This document shows positions 1 to 12,001 of a stretch of 64,000 nt of DNA, in pieces. The position numbers and the translations under genes were made by a program. The DNA is from Antedon mediterranea (lineage: Eukaryota; Animalia; Echinodermata). Each line of letters opens with the position of its first letter. Within the stretch, counting starts at the first letter, position 1. The stretch covers positions 7,084,422 through 7,148,421 of the forward strand of contig NC_092678.1 of the NCBI RefSeq assembly GCF_964355755.1, read 5' to 3'. The notes below the pieces were generated by a model, which was not told where the DNA came from, ran no database searches, and worked only from the letters and a program-made list of their open reading frames with translations.

Positions 1-407
1 CTGTGAGAAAAATATAATTCTCAAGGGGATATAAAAATTGGGGTATAAAATTGTATATGCCAGGGGTAAGTAGTACTGGTGGTGGGTGGTTGGGTTGGTG
101 GGTTAAGGTACATAGTTGTGGATGATCATTGGGGGATGGGGGTTGTTTCAGTTCATTGGCGTTCCCTGTGGTTTTGTGTGTTTCGTTGGTGTTCTCTATC
201 GTTCGTTGGGGTAAATATGGTAGGACCAGTCAGATGGGATAAGCAAGCAATAAAGCACATGAATGGTTACATGTCAAAGTTCAAACTGGACAGAGCAGCA
301 GAGAGATTTTTCTGAAATAGTAATAAAATATTAAATTAATAACAATAATTGACAATATCAACATTATTTAAAATGTCAATGGTCACTAAGACAGATTGTC
401 CACATAC

Positions 408-702
408 CCACTTGAACCTCTTTAATGGCAGATGTCCAGCAATGTCCATACCGCGGGTTCTCGCTCTCTGTTTGCAGCCTTGCCAATTGGCTTCGACCCT
501 CTCCGTACCGCTGCACTTTGGCTTCATTCAATTCAAAGGCCGGGTAACTTTTCGTTTCGCTTCTATCATTTTCTGGGGCTTGTGAATCAAAACTTTTCGT
601 CGTTTGTTGGCATTCAATTGGTCGAAAAAGTATAGTAATTACTAAACACGCTGTAACTCGATAACCACCCTTGTAACACGTATTTTTTAATATAAAATTC
701 AT
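408..702 (-). CDS. First coding exon of a secreted/membrane protein, probably GEX1/KAR5/Brambleberry-like (gene continues left, beyond the window)
   Basis: ATG at 702, hydrophobic signal-like segment VTACLVITILFRPIEC, then PRYGHCWTSAIKEVQVG ending at donor G|GTATGT (408/407). CWxxAxxxxxxG(C) resembles the start of the GEX1/KAR5 cysteine-rich domain. Only one exon is visible. Confidence 0.5.
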
Positions 703-2117
703 TTTTTACACGAAAATTTCACCTCTAGGCCAGGCTAGGAACAGCTGAACAGCGCCAGTATTTCAAAATAATTGATTGGTAGTGCGCCCTCAATGTTATA
801 ATAACAACAACAAACCCGCCACGTGCTTTTCTACGAAGACACAGAGGGGTCTTCAAATATATTACCTAACTTATTGTGATAATTGAAATACAGTATATTA
901 TTTATTTATTTGGAATTACACCTTTAGATCGGTGGCACACTTAGCACAAAGGTGCATCCTTCACAATATAAAATATAACAATTAACAGAAAAGTAATAAA
1001 AGGCAAAAGCAACTATCATATCCTACCCCCCCCCCCCCAATTTACATCGATATATACAGTCAGTAGATCATTACTTTACACAATGAATACAAAACAAGAT
1101 ATAGTAAAAGTGTATAAAATAAAATAAAATCAGCTGATAAACACAGCTTATTACGAAAAACCCCCAACCCACTTTTATTTCAATTTACTTAATGTAGCAA
1201 TGTAGATAACATAGTTATTGAGTCATATAAACAATCTAAATCCTACTGTTCAGTAATTCAGAAATAATTAGTGTAAATACTAAAAAATTTGAAGTCATCT
1301 TGGTCATCATGTAAAATATCATTACGTCATTATTTTGTTTATCTCGCGCCGCCCATTAAATATACACACTTGAGTTTATCTTATCCAAATCAGTCGTCGA
1401 CAAGCATTATCAGATAAAACAATTTAATTCTTATCTGATAACATTTTTGTAGGTTTTTTTCTGAACTATTTTTTTGTAATGCTAAGTATTATGTTTATAT
1501 TTTTTAATGTATTATATTTGCTTGGGTTGTTTTGTTTATTTATTAAATTATATTAATTTGCAAATTGTTCTAGCCTAGGCCAAGGGAGGGTATGGCTTTT
1601 GTTTGAGTATCGCGATAAAGATTAGAAGAAACTGCTTTGTCTGTCTAACGGGAATGGTGGATGTTGGTCGGTTAGAGGCCTAGGAAATTAAACTTGACGT
1701 AAAAACGTCATACTCCAAATTTTTAAATCTGACATTCATAAAGTATTTCATTTTCATTTTAGGCATATATATGAAAGTTTTGATATTAAGTAAATTTTTT
1801 TTTTTTTTTTTTTTTTTTATAAAAAATTACTAGGACCTAGGCCTAGGTAGGCCTTCTGGCTTAGCTAAACTTTTACAGGCCCTGTGACATTCTGTGTGTA
1901 TGAGAATGATAGAAGGGCCTGTGGATTAGGAGAACCAAGTCCTTATTAGTTGATTATTTTAAATAAAAAGTCGTATAGGCCTAGCCCTCCTACAATAATA
2001 TATTACTTTATTGTTTTTATTTAGCTTTTCGCTTTTTTTTGTATCTCCATTGAGATCCAGCCACTGATACCCACAGCATTGTCATTTTTTTGAGTAATTT
2101 GCTTTTGGATTTATATA

Positions 2118-3136
2118 TCTATATATAAATTATGGTTAATTCTGACATAGGCGAGCACAATGCAAAAACTTCGGTACAAATCTCCGCCTTGGATACCTAC
2201 CTTTATCTGAGATGTACCGCGAAACATAGATTTGATAACATTAGTTTTCACATCGACGCTATTGTTCCATATTTCTATCTTAGGAAGATATTATAAAGGG
2301 TTTTATAAGAAATTTTCTGTTTCAATCGGTAAATTTTAACTCTACGCGCGGTAGAAGTAATTTCCGGGTTCACAGGAAGGTGTTGGTTTCAACCAGGGAG
2401 TTGTAAAACAACTACCTGTTTCAACTAAGTTGGCCGTTGGTGCTTGGTGGCGATAGCCATTTTGTTTTTTTGTTTATTTTCGGACCGCGCGTGTGAAGGT
2501 ATATAATAGTAGTACATAAACCCCGATAGCTGAGTTGTTGAGTAAGCTGCCAAGACTTTATGTATACTGTGCGCTATCTGTGTCCCGTCAGGACCCTGGG
2601 ATACTTCTGCCCATGTTGCAAGCCGTCTAAAACGTATTTCTTCTTAGGCCACTCGTGTCGCGGAATAATGTATTAATTATACCAATTAGGATGGTTTTTA
2701 TTTGAATAAGAGCCCGGAACACCTCCCCAATAAAACATCAATTAAAATAATTATCATCCTCGCTACTCAACCCCACCCAAATACATCTAATAAACGCCCA
2801 TCCACAATATTATATTTATAACCCAATTATACTATTTTTAGTAGATTTCTTTGGAGTGTTATCTACAATTTACCAAGCATTTGTTATTCTTTTTTACCAC
2901 TTTTCATATCTACAATAAACACTATACGCCTTAAACGCTATTAATCATCTAAGACACTTAGGTTAGTGAGTACGTTTAATACGAATATCAAAAGCATTTA
3001 AATAATGGTAACCGACCGAAATTGTCCAGGCCAGAATGTCCTTCTAAAACTTTTTACGTCCTGAGTCATTATCATTCCGAGAACCATCGTCTACACTTCC
3101 TAGAGGGGGAGCGAGCAAAGTGAGCTCACCCTCTAG
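2118..3136 (+). mobile_element. Non-autonomous Helitron-like element
   Basis: 5' end A|TCTATATATAAA at 2118. 3' hairpin GAGGGGGAGC...GCTCACCCTC ends in CTAG|T at 3133-3137. Inserted between A and T with no TSD. Confidence 0.6.
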
Positions 3137-3414
3137 TATATATAATATATGTAATACTGTACTTACAGTAAATAAGTTTATATTAACTTTTTTTGTTACT
3201 AAAATGATCTGTATACAGTATTGCATGGCGAAATCAATATGTTGATATAAAGTTTACGGTACTGTACACCACGTGTATATAGTTCTGAGAATGATCCAAA
3301 TTTATTGATCTAAACATTGAGAACATACACATAGTGATCTGATAAAGAGTTGCTGGTAATGTAGTATATAATATTGACAAATTATTAATTATTTACAATT
3401 AATCTAGATTTACA

Positions 3415-6400
3415 ATGACAGATGTTAAGACAAAGAGCGCCCTCAGTCCTCAAGGGAAACCTTACGACGAACTGTCGCACTTCATCAATGCTGATGGCAA
3501 TCATATATTTACGAAGTGTTGGGAACCATCAGCAGATGTTGAGACAAGGTTTGTGGCCTATATGTACAGGTGCTAAACCCAACAGGGCCTGGACACAAAA
3601 AATGCAATATGTAAAAAAAAAGATAAAAAGCCTGGTGTCTGCAGAATTATAGCAACTCTAAGGTTAATAAACTGAGGGCCCTGCTCTTCCACTCTACAAA
3701 CATTAACATATTATGTTTATGTTTAAATCACTCTCTTTTTATTCTTTGTGGGCTGTGATATCAATTTTAGTATCTTAAAAGGATGTCAGGTTTCAGTATT
3801 TTTTAGTAAAAAAAAATATTTTGCATATTTCAGAGCATTGGTTTTGATTGCGCATGGAATTTCAGAACATTGTGGACGGTACGACCCGTTAGCAGAGGTT
3901 CTTGTTGCTAAAGGAATTCGTACATTTGCTCATGATCATCGTAAGAGCCTGTTTATCAATTTGGTAAAAGTTGTAAAAACCAGTCAATTAGGTCACTTAG
4001 TCAACTGACCTAGTCAATGATTTCAGTCATATAAAATACACAACAAAGCCTCTGAGCTTCCATTTCTCTGGTCACATTCAGTTACTTGGATTTGGTTCTG
4101 TGATTTGGCATCACATGTTGGTAACATGTTACACCTTTATCACAAGAACAATTTTAAAGTAAAAACAGTCAAACATGTGTCACTTTATTTAGTATTGTGC
4201 CTATGATACTATACATTATGAAGTGGCATTTGCCTAGATACACAATGTATTATTTGTTTCTTTCAGTTGGCCATGGTCAGAGTGAAGGCGCGAGGATTGA
4301 CGTGACTGATTTTAACATCTTCGTTAGGGATGTCCTTCAACATGCCGGTATGATTAAGGAAAAACATTCTGGACTTCCGTTATTCCTGATTGGACATTCT
4401 ATGGTAATATGTACTTTTGTTGTTGTCCTAAAAGCTCAACAACAGGCATGAATTTCAGATATGATATTATTATAACAATGTGTAACAGAAATCACACAAA
4501 AAAACATGGATTTCTTAAAATTGTCAATTTTTGGCAATATTCTGCTATAAATATCAATCAGATCAACACATCAATATGCCAACACGTTGTATAAAAGACC
4601 AACGGTCTTGTATTGACCATATAGTTACTAGTCAAAATGTATATATTAATGATTTTGGTGCATTGTGCCCACTTTTAAATTGTGATCACAGTCCAGTATA
4701 TGCAAATATTGATATTCGTATCACACGGGACAAGCCATACAATCGTAAAATATATCTTTTTGAAAAAACTGATTTTAATTTATATCGTAATGCTCTTAAT
4801 TCTGTAAAAGGTTGAAGATGTTTGTCATAATTGGATTGACTTATTTAATAATTGTGTTGATAACTATATTATATCTAAAATTATAACTGTGCGTCCTAAT
4901 GACAAGCCTTGGATTAATGCGCATATTAGAACTCTTATTCGCAAAAGAAATCGCGCCCATTCCACTCGAAATAACTCAAATTCGCATATGCAACGTTTTA
5001 AGAAAATTCGCGCAAAAGTTGTTAAAGCAATAAGAAAAGCTAAACAAACTTTTTTGGATAAACAATTTGATTTATTAATGAATAAAAACTGTGATTCAAA
5101 AACTTGGTGGTCTACCATAAATTCAGTTTGTAATTCCAAACAATATTATAAGATTCCTCCAATCAAATTAAACGATGATGTCCTAACTTTAAATAGTGAG
5201 AAAGTTAAAGCGTTTAACAATTATTTTAAATCTCAATCGTTTATTCCTAATCATGATGATTTTCCTTCGGACTTCACATATAGAACTGCATCGAGACTCT
5301 CAACTCTCAAATTATCTGTTGATGAGATCATGAAATTATTAACTATGCTGGATAAAAACAAGGCGATGGGACCTGATGAAATTCACAGTATCATACTAAT
5401 AGAATCTGCTGAAATTATTGCACCCCATTTGACAAAGCTTTATAACTTCTGCATAAGCCAAGGATATTTTCCTGTGGAATGGAAAAAATCAAATGTCATT
5501 CCTCTGCATAAAAAAGGCAATAAATCCCTTATTGAGAACTACCGCCCTATATCCATACTTTCCAACTTTGCAAAAATTTTTGAGCGTGCAGTTTTTGATA
5601 TAGTATATAAATACTTTGTGGATAATAAACTTCTTACTCAATTCCAATCTGGTTTTACACCAGGTGACTCGACAACGTATCAACTTCTTTATCTTATAGA
5701 TACATTTAATAGAGCTTTAGATTTAAGGAAAGAAGTAATCTCGGTATTTTTGGATATTTCCAAAGCCTTCGATAAAGTTTGGCATAATGGGATTATATAC
5801 AAATTAAATCAATATGGAATTAATGGCACTCTTCTAAAATGGTTCCAAAGTTACTTAAACTCACGTGAGCAACGTGTTATTATTGAAGGAACTACCAGTC
5901 CTTGGGTGACCATTACAGCAGGAGTACCCCAAGGATCTGTTTTGGGTCCATTTTTATTTATTGTATTCATAAATGATATGGTTGATAATATCAAATCTAA
6001 TATTAGTTTATATGCAGATGATACTTCGTTATATGATATTTGTACAGATCGTAATATTTCAGAACAAAAATTAAATGGTGATCTTAATGTCATTTATAAT
6101 TGGGCAAAAAAATGGAAAGTAACATTCAATGCTAACAAAACGAAAGCTATACTGTTTACACGTAAACATTTAGATAACTATGTTAGTTTAAATTTCAATA
6201 ATGTAAATCTACAATTTGTAAATGATCATAGGCATCTTGGTGTAATGCTTAATGCAAAACTCAAGTGGGATTCCCATATCCAATCTGTAATTAACAAAGC
6301 GTCTTTATCTTTAAATATGCTACGTCGTGTCAAACATATTCTACCTCGACAGGCTCTCTGTCACATTTACATATCACACGTTAGACCATTAATGGAATAT

Positions 6401-9400
6401 GCAGCTCCTGTTTGGTGTAATATCCCAGATAAATTAAGTGATGAACTAGAAAATATCCAGATTTCTGCAGGTAGAATATGTACTGGTGCGTGGAAATATA
6501 CAAGTCATAATGCATTAAGACAAGAATTAGGCTGGTTATCATTGGAAAAACGTAGACAATTTCTTAACCTAATACTGTTTTTTAAAATTATTCATAAGTT
6601 AACACCAGTGTATCTTTACTCCTTATTTAATTTTTCTGACAATATTGAAGTTTATAACTTGCGTAACATCCGAAATATAATAATTCCATTTTGTAAGACC
6701 ACATCATATCGTTTATCTTTTGTCCCATCTATTATAACACATTGGAATGAGTTAAATAATGAAATAAAAAATTCCTCATTTCTTGTTGAGTTTAAAAAAT
6801 TGCTACTGAAATCCAATTTGTTTGAAACAAAAAAACGTTCTTATTATGATACAGGTGATAAGAAGATTAACCAAATTCACACTAGAATCCGACTTGGTTT
6901 CAGCTGTCTCAATTCGCATTTATTCTTACATGGACTTCGGGACAATCCAAATTGTACTTGTGGCTTTAATGTTGAGAATCCGCTTCATTTCTTATGTTAC
7001 TGCCCTAATTATAATACACAAAGAGATATTCTACTTGTAAGCGCTAACTCAATTATTGAGGATATCTTAGCCAAGGATTTTTCTTTAACATTTAATTTTA
7101 CATTTTTATGTGAAATTTTTATTTTTGGTTCCGATCTTCTTTCGAATTGTGAAAATGCTTTATTATTTTATTATGTACAACAATTTCTTGTTAATTCTGG
7201 AAGATTTAATTGATGTTTCTGTTAGTTGTTTTAAAATGTTGTATTTGTTAATCTGAGGCGCCTTGAAGCTAAGATGGTTCCATCTTGTAAGGCGCCTCTG
7301 TGTAATATACTGAATAAAAAAAAAAAAAAATATCAATCAGACTTGTTTTCAGTAATTAGGTACAGTAAGTTCATTCTGATGTGCTCATATATGACATGAT
7401 GTCAAACTAATTTGATAGTGTAGACAGTGCCTTAATTTTTTTTTCTTTTGCTCTAGGGTGGTACCATAGCAATTCTTAGTATGAATAAAAAGCCAACTGA
7501 ATTCGCCGGATGTGTTTTAATCGCTGCAGCTACTCAAATCAACCCAGCAGAAGCCACACCATTTAGGGTCAGTGAATAAGTTTGATATTATTTAATTTAA
7601 AACTATGTTTAAAAATAATAATATGTTAACAATGTTAAACTCTGTCTACACTATAACATTTTTTTATGTGTGATGTGCCCATATATCACTACCACATTCA
7701 GGGATATCACCACCATATTTGGGCACATCACACTTTTTTTGTCAAACTAGTTTGATAGTGTAGACAAAGCTACTTGTGGAATTACGATAGAACCCATATT
7801 AAAAAGACACTATCAAAACGTAGTTCATCATTTCACAAAAGTAGGGAAGGCATTCCCGTAAGCTACCCTCTGGATCCACCCTTGATCATCATGAAAGTTA
7901 TTTTTAACATGTTTTTGTGTTTATATTATGCAGCTTTTCTTGGCCAAAGCTTCTGCCTACATGATGCCTCAAGTTGGTATTGTAGCCATTGAACCAAAGT
8001 GGATAAGCCGCTACCCTGAAGAAGTGTGTAACGATGTCAGAATAGTGCATTAACAGAAATTATTAACAGAAAGTAGTGCATTAACAAAAAATATTAACAT
8101 AAAGTAGTGCATTACCAGAATAGTGCATTAACAAAAAGTAGTGCATTAACAGAATAGTGCATTAACAGAAATATTAACAGAATGAATATGCATAACGGAA
8201 TAGTGCATTAACAGAATGTAGTGCATTAACAGAAACTAGTGTATTATACTGTCCATCTCAAAATTTATTTAAAATGAAATATTTTTATACTTGATTGAGA
8301 TGTTAAATTTATTAATAGCAGCCATATTAATAAACAATTTCAATTTGTATTAACAGGTTGAAGACTATGCTAATGATCCACTAAACTACCATGGAAAGGT
8401 CAAGGCGCGTATTAGTGTACAAGTTTTGAAGGGAATTGATAACGTTTTCAAAAGCATTGACAGTATAGAATGGCCTGTCTTGATATTGCATGGCGATAAA
8501 GACCATTTGGTTCTTCTTGAAGGGTCAAAGGTGATGCACGAGAGGATTAAGTCTAAAGATAAGACTTTAAAGGTAAAATAATACTGTAGTATACTATGAT
8601 GATAACAGAATGACTTTTTGCCTCGACAGCTGTGTATTCATTGCCGCATCATGAAAACGAAATGTCCACATTATTAATAACTGAGTACACTACCTTCCAT
8701 AGCATTCTTATTCTTAAACCTGTGAAGTTTTTCTATTTACAATAATACATTGAATTTGGTACCTCTTGTTACAAGTCTCCTATAAGTGGCAGATGCGGAC
8801 ACTTTTTAACCATAACATTTTTATGCCTGTCTGTATAGTATTTTTATATTTTATATTTTGTATAATTTACCTTGAATTTAGCTAGAAGATTTTTATAGGA
8901 ATTTTAGGAAATTTAGCTTATTTGTCTTTTAACCGTCATATTGAAAACTCTTCATTAAAAAACAGGTGAGGTAAGGTGGTGGTCCGACCAAATTTCCAGA
9001 ATAAATGTAAATGGGAATAACCTGGTGTTTGCGCACATGTGTGAACGACACATAACACAACTTTCTTCTCCCCTAAGGCTCCCTTCGTGTCGAGTGCTGC
9101 CTCTAAACGGCGCCCGTTCGTCTGTCCAGGTCTCTCTTCCGAAAGATGTAATGGGTTCTTTAAAGCGCACACAAGTCAGATCTGTACACTGGACCTCTAT
9201 TTTTATGTCCTTTTTGCGAAGACTTGCTCTACCACCAATTGTATAGTTTGTGGCGCCCCTGCCTTCACTCGGCCACTCGAATCCTTGCTTTATATGAGTT
9301 TGTTGACATTATTTGTACTAAATGGTTTGGTAGTGAATTTCAGTCTAACTGCATTTTTAATCTTTATTTCATGAATAATACCACCAAACTTGCGAGTTAG

Positions 9401-9908
9401 GATGACTAAGGCATTTAATAAAAAGGCAAATTGCCTTAAAATGTAAATGTGACATGTTTCGAGACTTGTCACATTTACATTTTAAGGCAATTTGCCTTTT
9501 TATTAAATGCCTCGTTATAGTCATCCTAATCTTTATTTAGGTTTAGAAATTAAAACAATGAAATTTAGATACACTGTTTTCCTACAGTTTTTATATATAA
9601 TATATATATTTTGTCAGATTTACCCCGAACACTTCCATGCACTTCATCGGGAAATACCAGAAGACGCTGAAAAGGTCAGAAAAGATATTCTAAATTGGAT
9701 CGAAGAACGGATTGACAGAAAACCGGAAGTTGCGGGAGAAGAAGAAACAAATGAAGTAACAACTGAGAAAAAAGAAAGTGAAAAAGAAAAAAAGGTGGAA
9801 GAAACAAAAGAAGAAAACGAAAAGGCAGAATTGAAGGAAGAAATGAAAGAAATAAAGGAGGATGAATCCGTAAAAGATGAAGAACTAGAAAATGAAAACA
9901 AAGAATGA
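3415..9908 (+). CDS. MGLL: Monoglyceride lipase (alpha/beta hydrolase), 7 coding exons, about 361 aa
   Basis: Exons 3415-3548, 3834-3940, 4267-4403, 7457-7567, 7934-8023, 8357-8572, 9618-9908. All GT-AG, total 1086 nt, in frame. Motifs HFINADG, HGISEH, FAHDHLGHGQSEG, GHSM|GG (nucleophile Ser), HGDKDHL (Asp) and HFHALH (His) are colinear with human MGLL. Confidence 0.95.
4563..7327 (+). mobile_element. 5'-truncated CR1/L2-group non-LTR retrotransposon in an MGLL intron
   Basis: End of APE endonuclease (IDHIVT...NCDHSPV, 4563-4815), then the RT ORF 4889-7213. 3'UTR stem-loop 7255-7298, AATAAA and poly(A). Perfect 14-bp TSD AAATATCAATCAGA at 4549-4562 and 7328-7341. Confidence 0.93.
4889..7213 (+). 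CDS. LINE ORF2 reverse transcriptase, partial, separated from the upstream endonuclease remnant by a stop/frameshift
   Basis: 774-aa open frame with [29 protein letters not shown] and a C-terminal CxC...H...C motif ([18 protein letters not shown]). Confidence 0.9.
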   Translation: MRPNDKPWINAHIRTLIRKRNRAHSTRNNSNSHMQRFKKIRAKVVKAIRKAKQTFLDKQFDLLMNKNCDSKTWWSTINSVCNSKQYYKIPPIKLNDDVLTLNSEKVKAFNNYFKSQSFIPNHDDFPSDFTYRTASRLSTLKLSVDEIMKLLTMLDKNKAMGPDEIHSIILIESAEIIAPHLTKLYNFCISQGYFPVEWKKSNVIPLHKKGNKSLIENYRPISILSNFAKIFERAVFDIVYKYFVDNKLLTQFQSGFTPGDSTTYQLLYLIDTFNRALDLRKEVISVFLDISKAFDKVWHNGIIYKLNQYGINGTLLKWFQSYLNSREQRVIIEGTTSPWVTITAGVPQGSVLGPFLFIVFINDMVDNIKSNISLYADDTSLYDICTDRNISEQKLNGDLNVIYNWAKKWKVTFNANKTKAILFTRKHLDNYVSLNFNNVNLQFVNDHRHLGVMLNAKLKWDSHIQSVINKASLSLNMLRRVKHILPRQALCHIYISHVRPLMEYAAPVWCNIPDKLSDELENIQISAGRICTGAWKYTSHNALRQELGWLSLEKRRQFLNLILFFKIIHKLTPVYLYSLFNFSDNIEVYNLRNIRNIIIPFCKTTSYRLSFVPSIITHWNELNNEIKNSSFLVEFKKLLLKSNLFETKKRSYYDTGDKKINQIHTRIRLGFSCLNSHLFLHGLRDNPNCTCGFNVENPLHFLCYCPNYNTQRDILLVSANSIIEDILAKDFSLTFNFTFLCEIFIFGSDLLSNCENALLFYYVQQFLVNSGRFN
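7637..7771. mobile_element. Palindromic MITE, family with CTCTGTCTACACTATCAAAC ends
   Basis: Inverted ends CTCTGTCTACACTAT / ATAGTGTAGACA with internal GTGATGTGCCCA / TGGGCACATCAC. Related copies near 7375-7432, 20580-20703, 24876-24995 and 25820-26197. Confidence 0.65.
8040..8245. repeat. Degenerate minisatellite (AGTGCATTAACAGAAT-like, about 16-20 bp unit)
   Basis: About 10 imperfect copies in an MGLL intron. Confidence 0.75.
9001..9285 (-). mobile_element. tRNA-headed SINE with Deu/Nin-like core, internally deleted copy
   Basis: Reverse complement aligns with 29459-29808 (TTAAAGAACCCA core, GGGCGCCGTTT...GCACTCGAC, CATTTACATTT tail). Confidence 0.7.
9397..9529. repeat. Near-perfect palindrome of about 130 bp (possible Penelope-like element remnant)
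   Basis: TTAGGATGACTA...AATGTGACA pairs with TGTCACATT...TAGTCATCCTAA around a loop of about 12 nt. Confidence 0.8.
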
Positions 9909-12001
9909 ATTAGAATATCTGTACAAGCTCACACAACAATGGCAATTGCTAAAAATGTTATTTGTGTGCTGTCCAATTTAGTCCAAAAATTACGAAAACC
10001 CACCAAACCAAAATGTATATTTATATATATACGTAATCAGGAAGTCTAAAGTTAGAAAAAGTTACCAAACAAATTGTAAATTTTGTCTAATCTAATTGAA
10101 AGTTATAAATATTTCAAAATGTATTGCAATTTAAGTAACAAAAATGTTTTGATTGACCGGGAGATAAAGAGATGATGCCTACCATAGAACTTAACTTAAA
10201 GTTAGAATATACGTCAATGTACTACCTCTAAAATAGTTAAATCAATTTAACTTATCGTTTTTTTCCAAATATTGTTTAAGCTTGCTTTCCACTAGGATGC
10301 AACGCAAGGATGTATTAATCTTAACACAAGCGAGTTGTCCAATGAAAAGTGACAGTTCAAATAATCAATCGCTTGTAATTGGTCAAATTATTTGTGCTGT
10401 ATCCTCGTGAGAAAAAAGCTTTCAGTATATAAAATAATGTGCACCTTGATATTATAATGTAATAGAATTTATTTTGTTATACTGGTAGGCTGTTAAAATC
10501 TTTGATGGATACGCTGACTTATGAAGGATATATTTATGTCTGTCTCATGTTGTAGAAAGGACTTGTTTTGAGACTTGTTTATTCAATGTTTGGTACCAAA
10601 ATAGATCTAAATAATTATGTATTCAAGTGGTCACTGGTGTAATCGATTCTTCTTTACTCGATGTGTTACATGACTGTGCAGATTTTGAGTCTAACAGTCA
10701 TTATGCGTATACTCGTTACTGAACGTGTGTTAGAATGACTTTTTGACTAGACAGCTTTGTGTAGTGTGTGGCAATTCATTAACAACTTTCATAAAGATAT
10801 TTATTATTATTTATATTTTGGTTTTCATCAAACTAATATTTATATATTTTGCACATTTAATAATAAATACATTGCTTATTTATTTTGTTGATCTGGTTTT
10901 ATTTATTTAATTTGTAAATGTTGTACTGTTCACAGTTTAGGTTTCTGTTCAACTTTGTATATGAAAAAAAATACGAACTAACGTTTTCTTGGTTATTATT
11001 TTTAATTTATTTAGTACCTTGCACAGAATAGTAAAAATGACACTTACAATAATGATAAAACAAAAATGTCAATACATTATAAATGCTAAATATAATTAAT
11101 TCATTTTACAGGGTTGAGGACGTGTGTAAAATGTTTTTCTTAATTTATTTTATTAGTACCGTGTATAGAACGAAAAGGAATATTATGTTTACAAAACAAC
11201 CATTTTATTACACAACCTTCAATATAATACTTACCACAGAGCTATAGAATTAGACGAACTACATGTCCGAAGTGTTAATAATATTTAATTCGTAATTTAG
11301 CCATTCATATCACCATAACTTAAGATCTATTTGGGCATGATTAAAAGTGGCCTACAGTACCGTAGGTCAATTTTAGGCGTGTTTCTGTAGCCAAAAATTA
11401 ACCGGTAAAACTGCCTGTAGAAACAGGTTTCGCTCGAGAAAAATTAACCGATAATTATCTCATTCAAATCGGATTATTATCGGATATTAATGTGATAGTT
11501 TCAACCTTTGACCTGAAGGACAAATTGTTGCGTTGTGGATGGGCACTTGGTTGTTTGGTAATGTCTGATCATGCGCACTTTATTTAATTATTAGCCGATT
11601 AGTTTAAAAATTCGATAATTTTTGTTTACGGAATAATAAATCGTTGTCAAAACCAAACACGATTTATATAATTTCAAATCGAAAAAGTATATTTATTTCT
11701 ATTCTTAGTGGTTGACATGGCAACGTCTTAGGAATATTATTAGTCTTCTATAGTATAATACTACTATTAGATAAATAAATGGATATAATAATGATTTCTG
11801 GTTATTGATCCAAAATAGAAAACATATTGATCCAAGCTCAATAATATTATTTTAAATTGGTTGATTTACGATAGTATTGTCGTTTTATAATAGAAATATT
11901 CTATATTTTTTGCCAAGTTTATTGTTAATGAGATTTTAATACAATATTACATCAGATAAAGAGAAAATTTTAACTAGGTAATTCATTGCGCATGTGTGAG
12001 A

